Assembly: GCA_000934665.2 (NCBI GenBank)
Contig: KZ538194.1
Coordinates: forward strand, 1 to 64,000
Direction: 5' to 3'
From: Catajapyx aquilonaris
Lineage: Eukaryota
DNA length: 64,000 nt
Of this stretch, positions 40,563 to 52,042 are shown one piece after another (position 1 is the stretch's first letter; each line of letters begins with the position of its first letter). Under the pieces are notes generated by a model that was not told the DNA's origin, did no database searches, and saw only the letters and a program-made list of their open reading frames with translations. The position numbers were made by a program, and so were the translations under genes.

Positions 40563-41714
40563 GTCTTGATTTTTTTTTTGTGCATAAATATTTGCTGAGA
40601 GTGAGTTACATGGGAGTATATTAGTGTAATGGTGATTTATTTACCAATATATTATAAACATTAGTGGGTGAAAAAAAGGACAGTAATGAGTTGGGCATGT
40701 GACATATTGAGATACTTTTGCTAATTATGTTGTTGTTTTTTTTTTCGCAAAGGTGGAGCCAAGGTTTGGGAGTAACAACCATTTTTGAATTACCGTATTT
40801 TTTTTTTGCTGTTCCAGAGTGTCAGGTGCATGCGCATTCCATTTACATTTTGCACCGTGGCTGGTTCCTAAAATCCCATAACTCCTTCCTGTACCCCTTA
40901 CCCTCGCCCTGCCTGCTTTTTAAAAATATATATATATATATAAATATAAATATATTATAATAATGATTTGTCTCTTTCCGTCCTGGTTAATTAATGCTGA
41001 GCACAAAACCCAGTTGGAAAGAATGAAAATGTAGAGAGAGAGAAAAAAAAAACGAAAGATCTGTGAAATTGTGTGCGCAAGGTATATTTTTCCCGGAAGA
41101 GTTGTTGCTGTCTAATTGCGGTTTGGTGTTTTTCCAACCCCTTACCCCTGCCCTCCCTCTGCCCCACCCCGCCACCTTTTTGCCCTGCACCTCCCCCTTC
41201 GTCTTCCAGGAAATTCCACAGGTGAAAAATTACAAATTGTGCCAATACGATTTATAAAAAACGTAATATCAATTAACCCTTGCTGTAATTCCCCACTCTG
41301 TCCTTATAACAAAAAAAAATGGATTAACTGTTATCCTTTAAAAAAAAAAAAGAGATACCTTGAGGGCATTTCTTCTCTTCGATTTGTTAATCAGACCCTC
41401 AACCTTCCCAACCTTCCTTCCCTTGCCCCCCCCCCCCNATTGGAACATTTCCTCAGGCATTCCAATAAAAAGATTCGCTAAGGCAAAATGCGGTGTTCAT
41501 TTGACCTGTTTTCCAGCAGCACATTTCAGCAACTTCCAGTGGCACTTGTTGAAGGAAATTATGGTGTGTTCACAACATTCGTATTTCGAAGCCGTTCACG
41601 TTGGATAGGTTGGTATACGGTGTTGCATATGAGAAAAGAGTGGACATAATATCATCCACATCGCGGTGTGCCTAGTTTCGATACACCCTGTAGAAGGTGG
41701 TGGTTGACTTAATC

Positions 41715-41791
41715 AAATATGGCGGACAAATTCATGCAAAAGGAGCCTCGATGTGATTATAACGTCCTTGGATGGATTCCCAAGATGGCGG
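41715..41791 (+). promoter_or_regulatory. Probable ZC3H13 promoter/5' region with two YY1/Pho-type motifs
   Basis: AAATATGGCGG (41715-41725) and CAAGATGGCGG (41781-41791), 260-335 nt upstream of the ATG. This is typical of housekeeping-gene transcription start regions. Confidence 0.5.
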
Positions 41792-42049
41792 ATTTGGCGA
41801 GGGTCTCCTGAAGGGTCGGTCTGGGAGAGGACGCCGCTTGGTCCACACGGGATGGAACACCTGTTGAGAAGTATGAGAGACGCCCATCTGACCCACCGCG
41901 GCTAGCCGGGTCTGCAGCCTGAGAAGCGGCGGGTGACTTGTAGGGCTGAGGTGAAGCAACCAAACATGTCAAGGAGGAAACGGTTGGAGTGCAACTGATG
42001 AGCGTCATTTTGTGTTGATTCAGGTAGCCGGAACTCACAGGGAGAGGTC

Positions 42050-45000
42050 ATGACGAAGCGCCGCATCACAGTGGACCAGACGAAGCGGGATGACTCCCAG
42101 CAGCAGGGGTCCTCGTCCTCTTCCACTCAGAAGCGGCCAAGCGTTTTTGAGCGTTTGGGCACCAAAGCCACGCCGTCCTCTTCATCATCGTCCAAGAGCA
42201 GCAGTTCCTCAGATCACTGCAGACACTGGGCTTCATCCGGAAGCTGCCCTTACGGCAAGACCTGCAAGTTTGCGTCAACCCACACGCTCATCAGCCCTTC
42301 TAAACAGAGGGCCAAGAAGGAGGAGGAACTACGGCTGAAGGCAAAATCCTCCAAGGATGACAACAAGCGGTTGCATTCAACCGTTGTGGTTAAGAATCAG
42401 AGTCCTGACCCAAACTGGGAGAGTTGGGACCAGAAAAACTTGGAGTACGAGGACGAGACGGTACTGGAGAAGCGACGTCAGATGCTGCAGCGTGAGCTGG
42501 AGCTGCAGCTGAAACGGGAGAAGGAGGAGCAGCGGAGAGGACGCAAGAAGCAATCGCCATCCGTCACCACGCGGTCCAGCTCTAGCTCGAGCTCAAGTTC
42601 AAGCTCGTCCAGTGAAAGCAGCTCGAGTAGCGAGAGTTCAAGTTCAAGCTCCAGTTCCAGTTCCAGCCCTAGGCGGCGAGCTAAGAAGAAGGCCAGGAAG
42701 AGGAGGGAGTCGTCATCCTCTAGTGATGGAAAAAAAAAAAAGAAGCGGAGTCCTGCCAAGAAGAAGTGCCGTAAGGAGGGCACGGCTGGCACTACGTCAG
42801 CCGCACCGAAGAGTACTGCTCCCAAGAAAATTCCCCGGAAGAGGTCGCCAAGCCCAAAGAAAAGGTCACCACCTCCACCTCGGAGCCAACCACGACATAA
42901 TACGCCCCCCAAAAGCAAGCCTTGTGAGTACAAAGGCCTTACTCTGAGCTGGATCAGAAATGTTGGTGAGAAATGAACCAAGCTGACCTCATAGAAAAAT
43001 TCTGTATAATTTGTTGGATGCTTGAGGTTGAACAGATTGGTCCATTTTGACCTTTCATCGACCAAGATCCAGATGAGCAGATTCCTGCTCTTGGCCTGCT
43101 GTTTTGAAGGGTTTGCTTCTATCCTGTAGTTTGAAGGTGATGGCTTTTTCTCTTCCCTGCTTGCCTTTTGACCCCGCTCGCTAAAGCAGTAGACCCCCTG
43201 TGGTATGAAATTCTTTATGGATTTTCCGCTTATGGCTGCATAGGTAGGTTTGCATGCACTTAACCCATATTTGCAACTAATGAAAGTCAATTTGCAGCTG
43301 AGAGGCGACCATCTCCAAGGAGGAAACCAGAACCCCCACGGAAGCCAGCTCGAAGAGAGGAGTATCATTCAAAGAGGAAGGATCATACGCCATCACCAGT
43401 GCAGCGAGACCGGGGCCCAGAACGTGGGTCGGACCGCACCTCAGACAGGCCAGATAGAGGACCAGATAGAGGGCCAGATAGAGGGCCTGATCGTGGACCA
43501 GACCGCAGTTCAGATCGTAACTATGAACGAAAGAGACGTGAAAGCCCATCCTCCACAAGCTCGCGAGATCGGGGATTGTTGCATCCACCGTCACCCCGTC
43601 GTCACCACAAGGATGCTGTGCCACTCTCAGATCGCAGGCACAGTCCTGCGATGCGCAGTTCCAGAGAAACTGAGAAAAAACCCCATGAGGATGATCGCAA
43701 ACGGGATGAACGCAGAGATGAGCCCCGTCCGCACCCAAGAGACCGAAGTAAGGAAGATGTAGGGCGACGAGATGACAGGCGTGATTATGAGCGTGATCGC
43801 GAACGTGAACGTATAGATCGGGAGAGAGAGTTTGAACGAAAGGAGCAGGATCGGTCTAGGGAGCACCGTGAGAGAGAGCGGATTGAGCGTGAGAAGGAGC
43901 GTGACCGCAAAGAACGAGAACCAGATCGCAATTGGGAGCACCAGAAGTTTGACCGTGAACGAGAGCGGCACGATGAGTTTCGTCGAGAAGTTCGTGAGTA
44001 TCCAAATCGCCATGAATCAGAACGACGCCTACTGCCAGAGGAAAAGGCTTCATATGATTATGACCACCGAAATCGTGAAGACCGCCGTTATCCAGAGCGT
44101 CGTTATGATGAGCGTGAGGAACCACGTCTCTTGCCACCCCCAGCTGATCGCCGTGACCGAGGCTCCAATGGGCCACAGCCAGATGACCGCCGCCGTCGGG
44201 AGTGGGATGATCGTGACCGAAGTGTGCGATCTGAGTCATCTGGAGCCACCAACCGTGACCGTGAGTGGCAAGAACACGGCTACGAGTATCAGGAATGGGA
44301 ACGACGTGGTCGGCACGGGATGCCCCCAGGAAACGGAAATGCAGATTGGGATCCTAACCGGATGGAATGGGACGAGCAGCGTCGTGTTAGGGAATGGCCA
44401 GATGCTGAGCCAATGCTGCCAGTTGAAAACAACGACTGGGGGTACTATGAGAACCAGCGAGAATGGCCAGAGCAACGTCGCGGTGGTGGCAGTGGAGGTG
44501 GAAGTGGAAGCTGGGAACGTCACACCTCCAGACACAGGGAGATGAATCGGGAACAAAGACACTCACATTCAAGGGAACGTGACAGGGAGAGAGAACGGAA
44601 GGTAACTGCTCCAGAAGACTTGCCAGCATTAGTGCCAGGATACGATTCTAGAGGTGCCATCTTTCCGGGAGTCATAGAAGGGATCCCAACCCACCTGCTG
44701 CAGGATCAGGGGATTATAACATTGGAGAGGGTGTTGCTGGAGAGGGCTGCGGCTGTGGCAGCAGCAGTGTCAGCTGCTGCTAACGAGGCAGAGAAGAAGG
44801 ATGCCGATGTAGTTGCACCTGTTAAGAGTGATGAGGCTGGCCCAGCTGTGGAGGCAAAGAAGGACGAGGAGCCGAAAACCAAGCCTCCTGAGGGAGAAAC
44901 GCCTGACAAGAGCACTGCAGGTCTGTTGATTTGAACCACAGTGATTTGACCTATTATTGTGAATGACAGACTGCATGTAGTCCACAGCAGAGAAAACTCT

Positions 45001-46912
45001 GTGTCAAATTCTGTAATTTCCACCAGTGCAAGTGACACCTCTAATGTGTTGACACTTGACACCCACCTCTGTTAATACCGTCACTTGCTTGAATTGGCTG
45101 ACACCAAGTCATTTTATAAATAATCTCAAACTGTCCTTTTCAGGTGACTCTGGTGCAGAGACGAAAGAAGCAGAAGGGAAGCGCCCTAGTGAGGATCCTC
45201 CGACAGAGGAACCAGATCCCAAGAGGCTTACATTGACACCTGGCTCCATTGAGCCGCTGCCTGAGGACCTGAGCGATGTGAGCGATGATGCTGATGAGAT
45301 ACTGAACCAAGGATATGATGTGAGTTATACACATTTAGGTGATAAGGTTTTTGCATAATTTAAACAGCAGGGGCTTATGCTGTAAGGTGTGGCCAGGAGC
45401 AAACAATTTGGATGGGACAGAACAATCATGGCAGTGAGAATTCTCATTGCGATGCAGCGTAAGGCTCCAGTACTGCAGCAGAGAGATTTGATGGGCTAGA
45501 GCAGTGGTTCCCAAAGTAAAGCAGTGCCACCCCCTTGGTTTTATGAGTGGGTTCTGTGAACTGCTGCAATTACAAACATAATTATTTGTGTCTTTGGATG
45601 TGGGGGGATAAGGGTGGTCACTAATGTCAGTTTGGGAATTCTGGGCTAGAGGTTAGGTTACGCCAGTACTGGCCATGGCTGCAACTCTCTCTGGTTTAAA
45701 ACTCACGTCGGCACTACCTCCACCCCTCCCTGTGCTGCTTAGGATGGCGACGCTGCCCTGGAGGAGGCAGCACTGCCAGATGGACTTCAACCCGAGGCAG
45801 ATATCGCGGTAAAATAAAAAGTGGCAATTAGCGTGCAGCTGGAGTGTAGCATTAGACATGCTTTTTAAGTAGTGATGGGTTATGTTACTAGTAGTTGCAT
45901 GGTTTTTAATGTGTATGTGTAGTAATTTCCTTGACAACGTAGCAGCTAATGTACATGTTGACGCTGTGACCAGTACCAACTGGAAGTAAGTACTGTACTG
46001 CGTTGGTGTTGGCAGTAACAGGTGAAGGCAGCAGGAATTTAGTTACTATTTTCAGCACCCTCCTGACAAAGTATTCGACTGCCCAACCAGTAGTTCATGT
46101 GAGATTGAAATTATTTGCAAGGGATCCTCTAAAAATTGGGAGAAAATCTTACTCTAAAAAAATGCTGAATGAAACAATATTTTGACTAATTTTTGGAGTC
46201 CAACTTGTAAACCGAGTGCCGGGGTCCTTGCATCAACCACTGTGTAATTTGAATGTGATCACCCTATTTTCAGGAGGCCCAGTCAGAGCCTAAACCTGAC
46301 CTGGAAGCTGACACAAAGGACTCCAAGTCAGTCACATCAGAACCGCACCCCACTGAAGAGGATAGCAAAACAGGAGAAGACGACCTGTTGGACAAGATGG
46401 ACTTTGAGGAGATATCTGACGAGGAGCTGGAGGAGGAGCCGCGGGCAGGAGGAATAGTGGATGCTCTTGGAGTGGATTGGGCTAGCCTGGTGTGCCAACA
46501 GCGACCTAAGACGGAGCGGCCTGTATGCTCAGCCCGGCAGAGATGGTCTGGATCACAAATATTTGCACGAATTGGCATTTCACTGGAGCATGCTGGCCAA
46601 GAACTGGTAGATCAGATAGTGGCCGAGAGTAAGCTAGAAGATGGTGGAGAAGAGAAGAAAGAGGGCGTCCAGTTTTGTCACCCAGTGGCTGGTTTGCACG
46701 TTGCATTGACCCGCAGGAAGGCCCGCAGAGAGGCTCTCTTTGCAAATGCTGGGCCAGACACCCGGGCACTGTCAGCAAGGAGGGATCTGACAGTACGAAG
46801 GATGCTGTGCAACCTGCCTGAGAAAGAGCTGAGTAGTGAGGGACAACAGGCACCACCTGATCCAGAACTGTACAAGCTGAGCTTGCAGCTGTTTAACAGG
46901 GAGGTTGCTTAA
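42050..46912 (+). CDS. ZC3H13: Zinc finger CCCH domain-containing protein 13 (Flacc/Xio ortholog), m6A methyltransferase-associated complex subunit, ~1103-1125 aa
   Basis: Exons 42050-42923, 43298-44920, 45144-45319, (candidate 45743-45808), 46274-46912, with consistent phases. N-terminal KRRITV and RPSVFERLG motifs plus a Cys3His finger; poly-Ser and RS/RE/RD low-complexity middle; C-terminal DLSDVSDDADEIL, DFEEISDEELEEE, DALGVDWASL and RALSARRDL.VRR.L blocks recalled as typical of ZC3H13/Flacc. Confidence 0.92.
43402..43520 (+). repeat. Coding 12-nt tandem repeat encoding (PDRG)n in ZC3H13
   Basis: Repeated ccagatagaggN-like units translate as RDRGPERGSDRTSDRPDRGPDRGPDRGPDRGPDRSSDR. Confidence 0.8.
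45502..45643. mobile_element. Non-autonomous hAT (Buster/Charlie-like) MITE (142 bp) in a ZC3H13 intron
   Basis: Starts CAGTGGTTCCCAAA and ends TTTGGGAATTCTG (degenerate TIR). Exact 8-bp TSD GGCTAGAG at 45494-45501 and 45644-45651, with the central TA typical of Buster-group hATs. Confidence 0.8.
45743..45808 (+). CDS. ZC3H13: Candidate 66-nt cassette exon of ZC3H13 (DGDAALEEAALPDGLQPEADIA)
   Basis: Pyrimidine-rich acceptor cacccctccctgtgctgcttag, donor GCG|GTAAAA, phase 0/0 matching the flanking exons, no stop, and an acidic composition like its neighbours. Confidence 0.65.
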
Positions 46913-46944
46913 AATTAATGTGAGACTCTTTTATTGTACTGTGT

Positions 46945-47058
46945 ATTAAATGAATATCTGAGTGTTGTCACACCTGAAACTGCATTATCCTTTATATCCC
47001 TTGATCTTTTCCCCAACTAATTGTGAATCCGGTCTAATGTCCTGCGCTATGAAATAAA
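46945..47058 (+). terminator. Candidate polyadenylation signals of ZC3H13
   Basis: ATTAAA at 46945-46950 and AATAAA at 47053-47058, downstream of the stop at 46912. Confidence 0.4.
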
Positions 47059-48624
47059 AATACCTGGAATGTCATCTGCTGGGACCTCATGGGTTTCTTA
47101 CCTTTTGAACAGTTTCTTTTCCAAAAGCCGGGTTAACGATACCATACATTGCCATACAAACTTGAAAATACGGTACTTGGAACAAAGTCAATTGATGATG
47201 CTTTGCCAACTGCACCATTCTGAGCTCATTTCATGAAGATATTTAGAGAGAGGGAGTGGGCCAGGAATTGACGTGGGCTAAAAAAAACCCTACTGTTTCA
47301 CCTTTGTGACACAGTACTGTAGTAATGATCATTTGTTACTGGACATGCCACGAACACGCCTAAAATTATTTACATAATATGACGTGAGGACTAGTGAGAA
47401 TATTTTTGACCAAGAATGGATAATAATCACTAGTTATAAATGATGGTTTATTTGTGGAGGGTCAGCCTCCCACACTTCCATTGTTGGGATGTTGCCACAG
47501 AGGCAAGTCTGATTGAAATGTACATGTCTTCCTATACAAAAAGTATATGTTGAGGGATGCATACCTACCAGGATATTTTATGCCTAGTGTTTGAAGCCTG
47601 TTTTCTCAATTGCATGGCTGCTAAAGCCATATGGCACTTCTACGTAAGAATTATCCTCTGGCCTGGACCCCAAGAATCCAGCCATAAAATTAGGTTCATT
47701 ATGAAACACCCTATATATCACCTGCCCTGCGATGCAACAATGTTATTTTGGCATGGTTATTCTGCACAGGTGACTTTCAGTTTTGGACGCAGTTTTGTCC
47801 AAGTCACTGAACATTATGAAATAATGACATTTTTCTAATATATTACGTATATCAACAGCTGGAGGTCATCATCATCAGATACGCTTGGTCAAGTACAGGT
47901 CACACTAGAGAGGCTCTTTAAGTCACACTGACTGCAAAGTTACAGTAAACAAGCGTGCCATGGCTATTGCTATCAATGACACATGTCAGGCTTTACAACT
48001 TTTTAGAAGAAGTTATTGACCACATATTTTAAGATTTTAATTTTTTATTCACAAACAATGACCTTCACTTCCCCTTGGTCTCAAAAGTATCCAGCATTCA
48101 TTGGAATGTACTCCCTGTGCAGGATACAATATTGTTTCAGTCCAAAAATATTTCCCCTTTACGTTTGTTACAGGACGTTACCAACTTTAAGTTATTGACA
48201 CAAGCAAGAAGCAGCAAGCCCCCTCAAAATAAGCACCAATGACAGCCCCCGATACAAGAATAGGGCAATGCTGTCTCACAATAAACAGATTGCAAAATTG
48301 AGTACAAGGACCACATTTCCACACGTGCCAAAGGAACGCATACCGAGGACACACGTTGTTGGTATTCATAAGGTGCGGACATCACCGTATTGTCACCACT
48401 GCTGTTGAAGGTTGCGCTACAACAATGGTGACGTCACATGTGAGCTTTGTACACAATTACATGTATGGTGTCAGTATGTACCCTTATCTGTATGATTCGA
48501 TAATGTTTTGATAGGAAGGTCGAAAGGTCGGCGGTTGGCTTTCCCAGTTGACCACCTCCACTTTTTGGACTGGAGCCCCATGGGGCATTACGCCATCCCC
48601 ATGCGCGTGACGAGGGTACGCGGG

Positions 48625-48630
48625 TATAAA
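48625..48630 (+). promoter_or_regulatory. Candidate TATA box of the SMYD gene
   Basis: TATAAA in a GC-rich context 77 nt upstream of ATG 48702. Confidence 0.4.
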
Positions 48631-48701
48631 TATAACTGTGTGGAGGTGGCAGGCAAAGGAGGCAAAGGCAGAAGGGGGTTTTCCGTCAGACAGTAGCGAA
48701 G

Positions 48702-50504
48702 ATGCTGGACGACGCCAAGGATGCGGCCTTCCGGGTGGTGTCGACCCCTGAGGGCGACCCCAGAGGAAGGTACATGGTGGCAGCGAGGGACGTCAACGAG
48801 GGGGACACGGTGCTGACGGACACTCCGCTGGTGGTGGGTCCAAAGAGACAGGGACGTCGGAAAGGGTCACTGTCGGAGAGTGACGGGGTGGGTCCGTGGT
48901 GCGTGTGCTGCTGCAGGGACGTGGCCACCAGGTGCCAGAAGTGCTGTCTGCCCCTCTGCATCGGATGCGAGTGGGGTCACCTGCACCGTCCCGAGTGCGA
49001 CCTCCTGAGCAGCCTGAACGTGCGGATGCAGCCGGACACGGAGGACGTGGAGGACATGGTGCTGCCTCTCAGGTGCATGGCCCTCAAGGTGCAGGATCCT
49101 CCAAGATGGGAACAGTTCAAAGGTCTGCAGTCGCACGTGGAGGAGAGGAAGTCCGACCCCATCTGGCTGGTGGACCGGTATGTCTGGAATGCGTTCGACG
49201 AGCGGGTGAGACAGGCGGGGATCGTGGACGAGGACGAGTTTCATGTCATATGCGGTATACTGGACACCAACACGTACCAGATCGGGGTCGGAGTGCTGGT
49301 CCTCAGAGGGGTGTACCCGACGGCGTCGTACATCAACCACGAGTGTTGCGCCAACGTCAGGCATTACTTCGACAGCGATCTTACGATGCACGTGAAGGCC
49401 ACCAGGACCCTTCCTGAAGGGTTCGAGGTGAAGGCCAACTACACGCAGGTCTTCTGGGGCACCTGCGCTCGTCGGAAGCACCTGCTGTTGAGCAAGCACT
49501 TCGGGTGTGTCTGTGACCGGTGCAAGGATCCCACCGAGTTCGGCACGTACCTGAACGCCATCAGGTGTCCTCGATGCTCACGGTTCATGATATCCAGCCG
49601 ACCCCTGGTGGACGATGCCAAGTGGAGGTGCACCTCTTGCGACCACAGGCTGACTGCAGAGCAATCCAACTTCATCCAGACCACTCTGGGCAAGATGCTC
49701 CAGAAGGTCAACAAGGCTGACCCTCCCAGCGTCGAGAAGTTCATCAGCAAGTGCGAGAAGCTGGTCCCTCCTTGCAACCACGTCTTCGTCGAGATGAAGT
49801 ACGCCCTGGTGCAGATGTACGGACATTCCAGAGGTTACTTCCTTCAAGGTATTTTGGCTGTACTTTTAGGCTGTACCGGTCTGAACAACCCGGATTCTTG
49901 CAGAACTCAACGATGAGCTGTTGGAGCGGAAGAGGTCACTCTGCGCCGAACTCCTTCTGATCCTCCGTAAGATCCGTACCGGGTCATGTCGGTGTAAAGG
50001 TCTCCTGCTGTACGAGATGCACGCGACGCTGATGGAGGTGCATCGTCGCCTTAAGGAGAAAGGCACCAGCGCCGAACCCACGCTCAAGGTACCCACCCGT
50101 ACAATGTCAAGGGAGGGGATGACGCAGACGGTTCCAAAACCACGGTGTATTTTTGTACGCAAGGATCGTTCTTGGAATTAGGGGTCAAACTCGAACCACG
50201 TGCGATGTTGCGGTTGCCGTGCCAAATCTTGCTCTTATTTACCATCCACAACCTTGCGAACGTCGAGCTGGTGAGGATGGTTAGTGATATATGCTGTACC
50301 TGTCAACATCGTGCTACTTGTACGAAAGTTTCCGCCTACACAGAACATGTACCAAAAAAATACTTTCGATTCCAGATCCTGAGACAAGAGGGGTACGTGG
50401 CCATCAAAGAAGCGTGCCACATACTGGAAGGGGACACCACAGCACCGCAGGACCTTCACCGAAAGTTGGTGTCGATGGAGGAGACCATACAGGAATCGAA
50501 GTGA
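48702..50504 (+). CDS. SET and MYND domain lysine methyltransferase, arthropod SmydA/msta-like, ~486 aa
   Basis: Exons 48702-49848, 49904-50088, 50376-50504 (1461 nt; introns 55 and 287 nt, GT-AG). SET-N motif GRYMVAARDVNEGDTVLTDTPLVVGP, Cys-rich MYND-like insert, YPTASYINHECCAN signature, NY catalytic region, post-SET FGCVCDRC.DPTE.GT, CPRC..WRCTSC, and a helical C-terminus. Confidence 0.9.
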
Positions 50505-50531
50505 CTCTTGTTGAACTGTGATAGTAGCCGA

Positions 50532-50537
50532 AATAAA
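50532..50537 (+). terminator. Candidate polyadenylation signal of the SMYD gene
   Basis: AATAAA 28 nt after the stop, followed by GT/T-rich sequence. Confidence 0.45.
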
Positions 50538-50974
50538 TCCTCGTGTAGTGTCAATCTTATCTTCGTGGGCTTGGGTCCAAGGTTCGTTGTCCCACGTGCT
50601 TTTTGGGCAGAGCGACACAAGGTTCCTTGGAACTAATTGCGTACCGTCGATCCCCCAGTATTTCACAGAGGGTTTACGCAAGAAAGTTCTGGAAACAGCA
50701 AAAGAGTTTGCAAGGTAATCCTGGCCGGTGGCAAAACGCAGACAACAAAGTGGGGCACCGGCTAAGAAGGGTAAAATTAGCCTCCAGACCGCTTATCCGC
50801 AGAAACATGGCAAGGGCCATGTAGCTGTTACAGCAGTCATATCGTTTCGTAACCGAAAGCGCGTCTCTTTTCTTGGCAACCGAATACAAGCAGGCTATAT
50901 TCTGATGGGTTCGCACGGGTGTCGTTGTCGTCGTGTCGTTGTGCTGGAAGCACCCACATCCATGATTGGTGCTT

Positions 50975-51343
50975 AATAATAATTCACCTAGCAGATTAAT
51001 CCGCCAGGTGAATTATTTATTATCCATGAGGAGGATTAATCCGCTAGGTAAATTATTATCCATGACTCATGGATAATTCACATATCCTCCTCATGGATAA
51101 TAATTCACTCATGGATAATAATTCACCCGGCTGATTAATCCTCCTCATGGATAATAATTCACCCAGCGGATTAATCCCCCTCATGGATAATAATTCACCA
51201 GCGGATTAATCCTCCTCATGGATAATAATTCACCAGCGGATTAATCCTCCTCATGGATAATAATTCACCTGGCGGTTTAATCTTCGTCCTCGAGGATAAT
51301 AATTCAGCCAGCGGATTAATCCTCCTCATGGATAATAATTCAC
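50975..51343. repeat. 35-36 bp minisatellite with inverted copies (unit ~TCATGGATAATAATTCACCAGCGGATTAATCCTCC)
   Basis: Forward units start at 51109, 51145, 51181, 51216, 51251, 51290 and 51326 (partial). Truncated forward copies at 51067-51108, two reverse-complement copies at ~50994-51065, and a forward partial at 50975-51002. Confidence 0.95.
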
Positions 51344-52036
51344 ACATAATCCTAGAGATGCCTTCTATTGGTGCTCCATCCACAAATCTGCCAGATGATG
51401 ATTGTAAAATTGTTAAAATTTTTAAAGCTGTTATTTTAAAATTTAAGCTACAAAGGTGCGTTTAATGAATTCTTGAATAAATAATGGTATTATGAACATT
51501 GTAAAAGGTGCTGGGTCTGGCAACTTGCCAACTGGTAACAACGCACATTTGATACGACGTCACACAGGCCTGAAATTGCGTTTAAAATGTGAAGTGAGTA
51601 CACAGAGGTGGACAGTCCACCGTCAGGTGGAATGAATGGCCTGTCCTTGAGGTCCAAAGTGAGTATAGAGGTCGACAATATTGCTACTTGCAGGGGACAG
51701 GTATGGGTTGAGCATCTTCCATGATGAGAATGAACGTACAGGGCAGAGCGCTGCGAATGGGCTGTGCGTACGTTCCAAGTGACAGCACGATTAGGATGAA
51801 TGGGCAGTGAGGCTCAGGAAAGAAGTTCAAGGTTTGCTTGCAACAAGATGCATCTCACATTTTAGCCTCTTTGGTGGTCATGTGCAGCTGGACTTAGTTA
51901 TAGGTGTAGTCTGATTTAATTAAATTGCCTATTTCACATGCTTCACATTTTCCAATCGGTTCGTGTAGGCCGGAAAGGTGTACGAAAACACATCAGACAC
52001 TGACAGTTCAGTTGTATACCCAACGTCCACTTCAAT

Positions 52037-52042
52037 TTTATT
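52037..52042 (-). terminator. Candidate polyadenylation signal of the SLC16 gene
   Basis: TTTATT on the + strand (AATAAA on -) ~850 nt past the stop; another lies at 52434-52439. Confidence 0.35.

Noticed and set aside
42478..44562. Long antisense and alternate-frame ORFs over ZC3H13 (42478-43368 -, 43832-44545 +, and others)
   Set aside because: Shadows of low-complexity coding sequence.
46088..46242. Weak terminal inverted match CAGTAGTTCATG / CATCAACCACTG suggesting another MITE
   Set aside because: The match is short and degenerate, with no TSD.
48867..49499. 210-aa antisense ORF over the SMYD gene
   Set aside because: An expected by-product of GC-rich codon usage on the sense strand.
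50975..51343. CRISPR array interpretation of the 35-36 bp repeats, and the ORF at 51253-51465
   Set aside because: Units are contiguous with no unique spacers, there are no cas genes, and the context is eukaryotic. The ORF is just a translation of the repeat.
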